Shown piece after piece: positions 60,548 through 64,000 of a DNA stretch of 64,000 bases (position 1 is the stretch's first letter; each line of letters opens with the position of its first letter). The translations under genes and the position numbers were made by a program. The notes under the pieces were generated by a model. It was not told the DNA's origin. It was given only the letters and a program-made list of their open reading frames with translations, and searched no databases. The DNA comes from an uncultured Planctomycetia bacterium (GTDB lineage Bacteria; Omnitrophota; Gorgyraeia; Taenaricolales; CAZCCH01): positions 56,106 to 120,105 of the forward strand of contig CAZCCH010000001.1 in assembly GCA_964497315.1 (NCBI GenBank), given 5' to 3'.

Positions 60548-61402
60548 CTATCCTATTTTTGCAGCTAATGCCTCTAGCTTTGCAACCCTCTGTTCTACTG
60601 GTGGGTGCGTGCTAAACAATCGTGCCATACCGCCACCTGTTAGGGGATTAACGATAAACATGTGTGCAGTAGCAGGAGATGCTTTTTGCATTGGAGTTCT
60701 TTGTGAGCTAAGGTGTAGTTTGCGCAAGGCATTTGCTAATCCTTGGGGTTTACCACAAAATCTTCCGCCTTTTTCATCTGCCCTGAATTCCCCGGCACGA
60801 GATATTGCAAGTTGAATTAATATTGCTGCAATTGGTGCAACTATGGCAACAAGTAAAAGCCCTAATGCGCTGCCACCGCGCCTATCCCTTCCTCCGAATC
60901 CTCCAAAAATTGCAGTCCATCTAGCCATGTTGGCTAACATAAATATCGCACCGGCAATTGTTGCAGCAATGCTACCTATTAAAATGTCCCTGTTTTTCAC
61001 ATGAGCCAATTCATGCGCTAGGACACCTTCTAGCTCATCTTCATTTAGAAGTTGTAGAACCCCTTCTGTTACAGCCACTGCAGCATGATTTGGATTGCGT
61101 CCTGTAGCAAATGCGTTTGGAGCTTGGGTTGGGACTATATAAATTTTAGGCATGGGCAAGCTTGCCTTTTGTGTAAGCTCGCGGACTATTCTAAAAACAG
61201 CAGGGATTTCTGCTTCTTTGGCTTCTTGTGCTTTATACATCATAAGCACTATTCTGTCTGAAAACCAAAAACTGGTGAAATTTAACACCAAGGCAAATGT
61301 AAAGGCTATCATCATTCCGCCTCTGCCGCCAATCATGCCTCCAACCCAAACAAGCAAAAGTGTCAATGCGGTTAAAAGAACCATTGTTTTAAATATATTC
61401 AT
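60548..61402 (-). CDS. htpX: Zinc metalloprotease HtpX (M48)
   Basis: 284 aa. [10 protein letters not shown] zinc motif and 4 TM helices. Confidence 0.85.
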   Translation of the reverse strand: MNIFKTMVLLTALTLLLVWVGGMIGGRGGMMIAFTFALVLNFTSFWFSDRIVLMMYKAQEAKEAEIPAVFRIVRELTQKASLPMPKIYIVPTQAPNAFATGRNPNHAAVAVTEGVLQLLNEDELEGVLAHELAHVKNRDILIGSIAATIAGAIFMLANMARWTAIFGGFGGRDRRGGSALGLLLVAIVAPIAAILIQLAISRAGEFRADEKGGRFCGKPQGLANALRKLHLSSQRTPMQKASPATAHMFIVNPLTGGGMARLFSTHPPVEQRVAKLEALAAKIG

Positions 61403-61609
61403 TTTCCTATCCCCCCTGACTACGCAAGTAGCATCAAAGCTTTCTATTTATAAAACTGGCGTCTCCACCCTGACTCCTTCAACGCGGACAAATTATTGTC
61501 TCTGTGGGAATGCATTTTCCGTTTCCCCCTATTATATCAGATAATAATTCCCTGTAAAGCTCCATTTTGAATACATGGCAAAGTAAAATACTTGGTTTTC
61601 AAAATCAGC

Positions 61610-61629
61610 AATACTACTTATAAGTAGTA
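61610..61629. repeat. 20-bp perfect palindrome ATACTACTTATAAGTAGTAT (copy 1), 18 bp downstream of the HTH gene stop
   Basis: Self-complementary over all 20 nt. An identical copy is at 62905..62924. Confidence 0.9.
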
Positions 61630-61646
61630 TACAAAATTTTATAACT

Positions 61647-62165
61647 TTATTTTAGCGCAACAACTAATTTTTTATCAAAGGCATCCGCTATCCGCTTAAG
61701 AGTGCCTATTGAAATATTCTCGCGACCGCTTTCAATCTTAGAAATATACTGCTGAATTACGCCTAATTTTTTCGCTAGCTCTTTTTGTGTGTACCCCAGC
61801 TTTATGCGTATGTCTCTGATTTGGCCAGCTAATGCTGCTCTTTCTGGTGGAATTTTTGTTCTTTGGGGCACCTGTCTTATTGCCACCCCCTTTTCTTTTA
61901 AAACCTCAAGGCGGCGTTCATGCATAGCTTGCCAAAAAACTATCTTGTTTTTAAGCCAGCGATCTCTTGCTAACCTTTTCTTTATGCCTGGCCAGCTTTT
62001 ACAAAAAACTACTTCATCGATGTAGCCAAAAACTACCGTAGGATCCGAAACCCTGGACAAAAGCTTCGCTGCGTACATTTCGAATTTCGGATGTTTTGCA
62101 TTTTTTAAAATGGCTCGCGCCTCTTTTTTGCTCAATTTACTATCCCACAACCAATTAGTTTTCAT
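61647..62165 (-). CDS. XRE-family HTH protein (C-terminal HTH), putative antitoxin or regulator of the adjacent nucleotidyltransferase gene
   Basis: 172 aa. C-terminal YTQKELAKKLGVIQQYISKIESGRENISIGTLKRIADAF is an XRE HTH. The N-terminal ~100 aa are unassigned. Confidence 0.5.
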   Translation of the reverse strand: MKTNWLWDSKLSKKEARAILKNAKHPKFEMYAAKLLSRVSDPTVVFGYIDEVVFCKSWPGIKKRLARDRWLKNKIVFWQAMHERRLEVLKEKGVAIRQVPQRTKIPPERAALAGQIRDIRIKLGYTQKELAKKLGVIQQYISKIESGRENISIGTLKRIADAFDKKLVVALK

Positions 62166-62175
62166 TTTTTCAACC

Positions 62176-62874
62176 TCACGTCATTAGTTTATCCGGTAAC
62201 TTCTTTAAAATTTCATCATCAAGATGTTTTAAAATTTTTGCCGTATCAACTTTTGCAACTAAATCCAACAACTCAAGTTTTAGTTCCATTCTGTTAAAAC
62301 TTTTAAACCAGCCAATCAAACGCTCTGCTTTATCGTAAGAAAAATACTCAAAGAAAAAATCTGACACGGGCTTATAGTGTTTAGATAAATAATAAACATC
62401 GAATAGATCCTTTGCCGTCTGGCGACCCGTAGCCATAACATCTCCGGTGATACTTCTTTTTTCCTGGAACCCCATGGTTGCAGTAAGCTTTCTGAAATAG
62501 ATATCTTCTATAGAGTGAAGTCCATTTCTTACCCTCTTGATGTTTTCTTGAAAATCCTGAACGAAGTCTATTTTTAAAACATTGTTTTTCTCTAGTTGCA
62601 AAAAATAGACTTTCATGGGTATTAATTCAGGATCATTCTGTTCGGCTTCAAGTTTAAAATCAAAACCTGTCTTTTTTGAAACAAATTTCATTATTCGTTC
62701 AGGGTTTTTCTGTTTATGCTTTTGGCTGAAAAAATCCAAATCTTCAGAAAATCTATGGTTAAAATAAAAAGATAGAGCTGTGCCTCCTGTCAAATAATAG
62801 GTCTTAAAGTTTTCTGTTACTGTCTTTGATATTCTTCTCTGCTGCTTTTTAATATAGGCGATTTCGCTTTTCAT
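62176..62874 (-). CDS. Nucleotidyltransferase of the AbiEii/AbiGii toxin family (DUF1814-like)
   Basis: 232 aa. GGTALSFYFNHRFSEDLDFF matches the AbiEii Pol-beta-type NTase motif (GG.A..... hR.S.DlDf). Confidence 0.55.
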   Translation of the reverse strand: MKSEIAYIKKQQRRISKTVTENFKTYYLTGGTALSFYFNHRFSEDLDFFSQKHKQKNPERIMKFVSKKTGFDFKLEAEQNDPELIPMKVYFLQLEKNNVLKIDFVQDFQENIKRVRNGLHSIEDIYFRKLTATMGFQEKRSITGDVMATGRQTAKDLFDVYYLSKHYKPVSDFFFEYFSYDKAERLIGWFKSFNRMELKLELLDLVAKVDTAKILKHLDDEILKKLPDKLMT

Positions 62875-62904
62875 TGACTTCTCCTTTTATCTCTACTATA
62901 AATT

Positions 62905-62924
62905 ATACTACTTATAAGTAGTAT
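62905..62924. repeat. 20-bp perfect palindrome ATACTACTTATAAGTAGTAT (copy 2), 30 bp upstream of the nucleotidyltransferase gene start; a putative operator
   Basis: Identical to the copy at 61610..61629. Together they bracket the two-gene cassette. Confidence 0.9.
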
Positions 62925-62943
62925 TGTCAAGCAAAATAATGGC

Positions 62944-62957
62944 GTCCCCACGGGGAC
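62944..62957 (-). terminator. Possible intrinsic terminator of the integrase gene (GUCCCCGUGGGGAC hairpin + weak U-rich tail)
   Basis: The palindrome GTCCCCACGGGGAC lies ~100 nt downstream of the integrase stop and is followed in minus sense by GCCAUUAUUUUGCUUG. Confidence 0.35.
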
Positions 62958-63060
62958 TTGAATTCATTTGAGCTCATTATAGCACTTTCACCACCAAAAG
63001 TCACCACCAAAATTACCCCGTCATTGCGAGGAGCGCAGCGACGAAGCAATCTCCAGTCCA

Positions 63061-64000
63061 TCATTTCCCACCTCCCATCAGCTTGCTCTGTTCAATTACC
63101 TGTTTTGTGCCCTCGCTTGTGCTGTGGGCATAGATCTTGAATGAATCTATGTCTTTATGGCCTGTTACGGCCATGATATCGCGCTCTGCGTGGCCTTCTC
63201 TCAACATCCTGGTACAGAATGAGTGCCGGAACTCATGAGGGGTCAGCTGTTTGCCTATTATTTTCTCAGATACTCTCTTGATGTACTCTGTGTAATGGCC
63301 GCCATGAATGATATTGCCGTCTCTATTGGGAAAAAGCCATTGAGTTTTTCTTCTGTCAAAGGCATATCGCTTAATAATCCTGGCAAACTCTTCGTCTATG
63401 TCGCGGTATATGAATGGCTCGTTGGTTTTAGTGTCCTGCGGCTCAATTAATATCTCAACCGGCTTTAAACCGAGCCATTTGATATTGTGTCTTTTAATAG
63501 ATAAAGCTTGTGTTCTTCTCCAGCCAAATCGCATAATAATATATGTCGGGCCATAGTAATCAGGCCTGTCTTTCTTTATAAAGTTAAGCAATGATAGCAT
63601 TTCATTACGCGTGATTTCTTTATATCCTCTCCTGCGGCCCTTTGGCTTTTTGAATTTAGCAAATACTTCTGTCTGAATCACGCTATCGCAGCATCCGATA
63701 GCCACTAACTTGTTAAACATTGTCTTCAGTTTACCCAATTCCTCTCTCCATCCATTAACCCTGCCTTGCTCGACGACAACCCATTGCTTGTATTCTTCTA
63801 TAATATTGCTTGTGATTTGATTTGCACCTGTTAAATCCGGGCGCTTGGCAGGCAAAAACTTCTCAAAGAAGTTACGGAATACAGACCTGGTATTCTTAAG
63901 CGTCTTTGCCCTGACATTATCTGCTTTCAGCTTTACCTCTAATTTCTCCCAAAGCTCAGAAAAAGAAGGTGTATCTTCGCTTTTAGAATGAGGGCCCCCG
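63061..64000 (-). CDS. Tyrosine recombinase/integrase (phage integrase family), 5'-partial: the reading frame is open to the window edge
   Basis: C-terminal catalytic motifs HEFRHSFCTRMLREGHAERDIMAVTGHKDIDSFKIYAHS (R...HxxR...Y). The frame upstream of the listed start (actually TTG) remains open for another 48 codons to position 64000. Confidence 0.8.
   Translation of the reverse strand, partial: GGPHSKSEDTPSFSELWEKLEVKLKADNVRAKTLKNTRSVFRNFFEKFLPAKRPDLTGANQITSNIIEEYKQWVVVEQGRVNGWREELGKLKTMFNKLVAIGCCDSVIQTEVFAKFKKPKGRRRGYKEITRNEMLSLLNFIKKDRPDYYGPTYIIMRFGWRRTQALSIKRHNIKWLGLKPVEILIEPQDTKTNEPFIYRDIDEEFARIIKRYAFDRRKTQWLFPNRDGNIIHGGHYTEYIKRVSEKIIGKQLTPHEFRHSFCTRMLREGHAERDIMAVTGHKDIDSFKIYAHSTSEGTKQVIEQSKLMGGGK

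Noticed and set aside
63001-63060. GC-rich segment CGTCATTGCGAGGAGCGCAGCGACGAAGCAATC downstream of the integrase, as a possible att core or structured RNA
   Set aside because: It has only a short imperfect inverted repeat, and no second copy is in the window to define an att duplication. The evidence is insufficient. The adjacent tandem 13-nt repeat and hairpin are noted under the cassette finding instead.

Overview
This is a 64-kb bacterial chromosome segment of low-to-moderate GC content. About 70 tightly packed genes lie on the minus strand, with overlapping or abutting stops and starts; only tldD and tldE are on the plus strand. Most of it is housekeeping: methionine-salvage isomerase MtnA, cysteine desulfurase, metG, holB, tmk, cysS, cysE, ispF and ispD, radA, mlaFED, the clpC/mcsB/mcsA stress module, ilvE, lolCDE-like genes, pilT, trkAH, the infC-rpmI-rplT-thrS cluster, an F-type ATP synthase operon, the pyrimidine operon (pyrR-B-C...K-D-F-E) with a PyrR attenuator, rsmI and htpX. 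There are five tRNA genes: Val-GAC, Leu-TAA, Phe-GAA, Asp-GTC and Val-TAC. Several parts look non-routine. (1) The tRNA-Phe gene is split in the T-arm by a 439-nt ORF-less insertion carrying a textbook group II intron domain V. (2) An operon is led by a 1305-aa signal-peptide/TM protein with an embedded protein-L-isoaspartate O-methyltransferase domain and about 600 aa of unassignable C-terminus, followed by a NYN RNase, membrane and secreted proteins and a thioesterase. (3) An ATP-grasp-like gene sits divergent to tldD-tldE. (4) A secreted protein has G[KN]VGIGTT repeats and a C1q/TNF-like C-terminal domain. (5) The ATP synthase operon starts with a truncated epsilon, has atpZ and atpI and two c-subunit genes with Na+-type ESTxxY motifs. 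(6) At the right edge, a two-gene AbiEii-like nucleotidyltransferase + HTH cassette is bracketed by identical 20-bp perfect palindromes next to a tyrosine integrase that runs off the window. No CRISPR array or rRNA is present.
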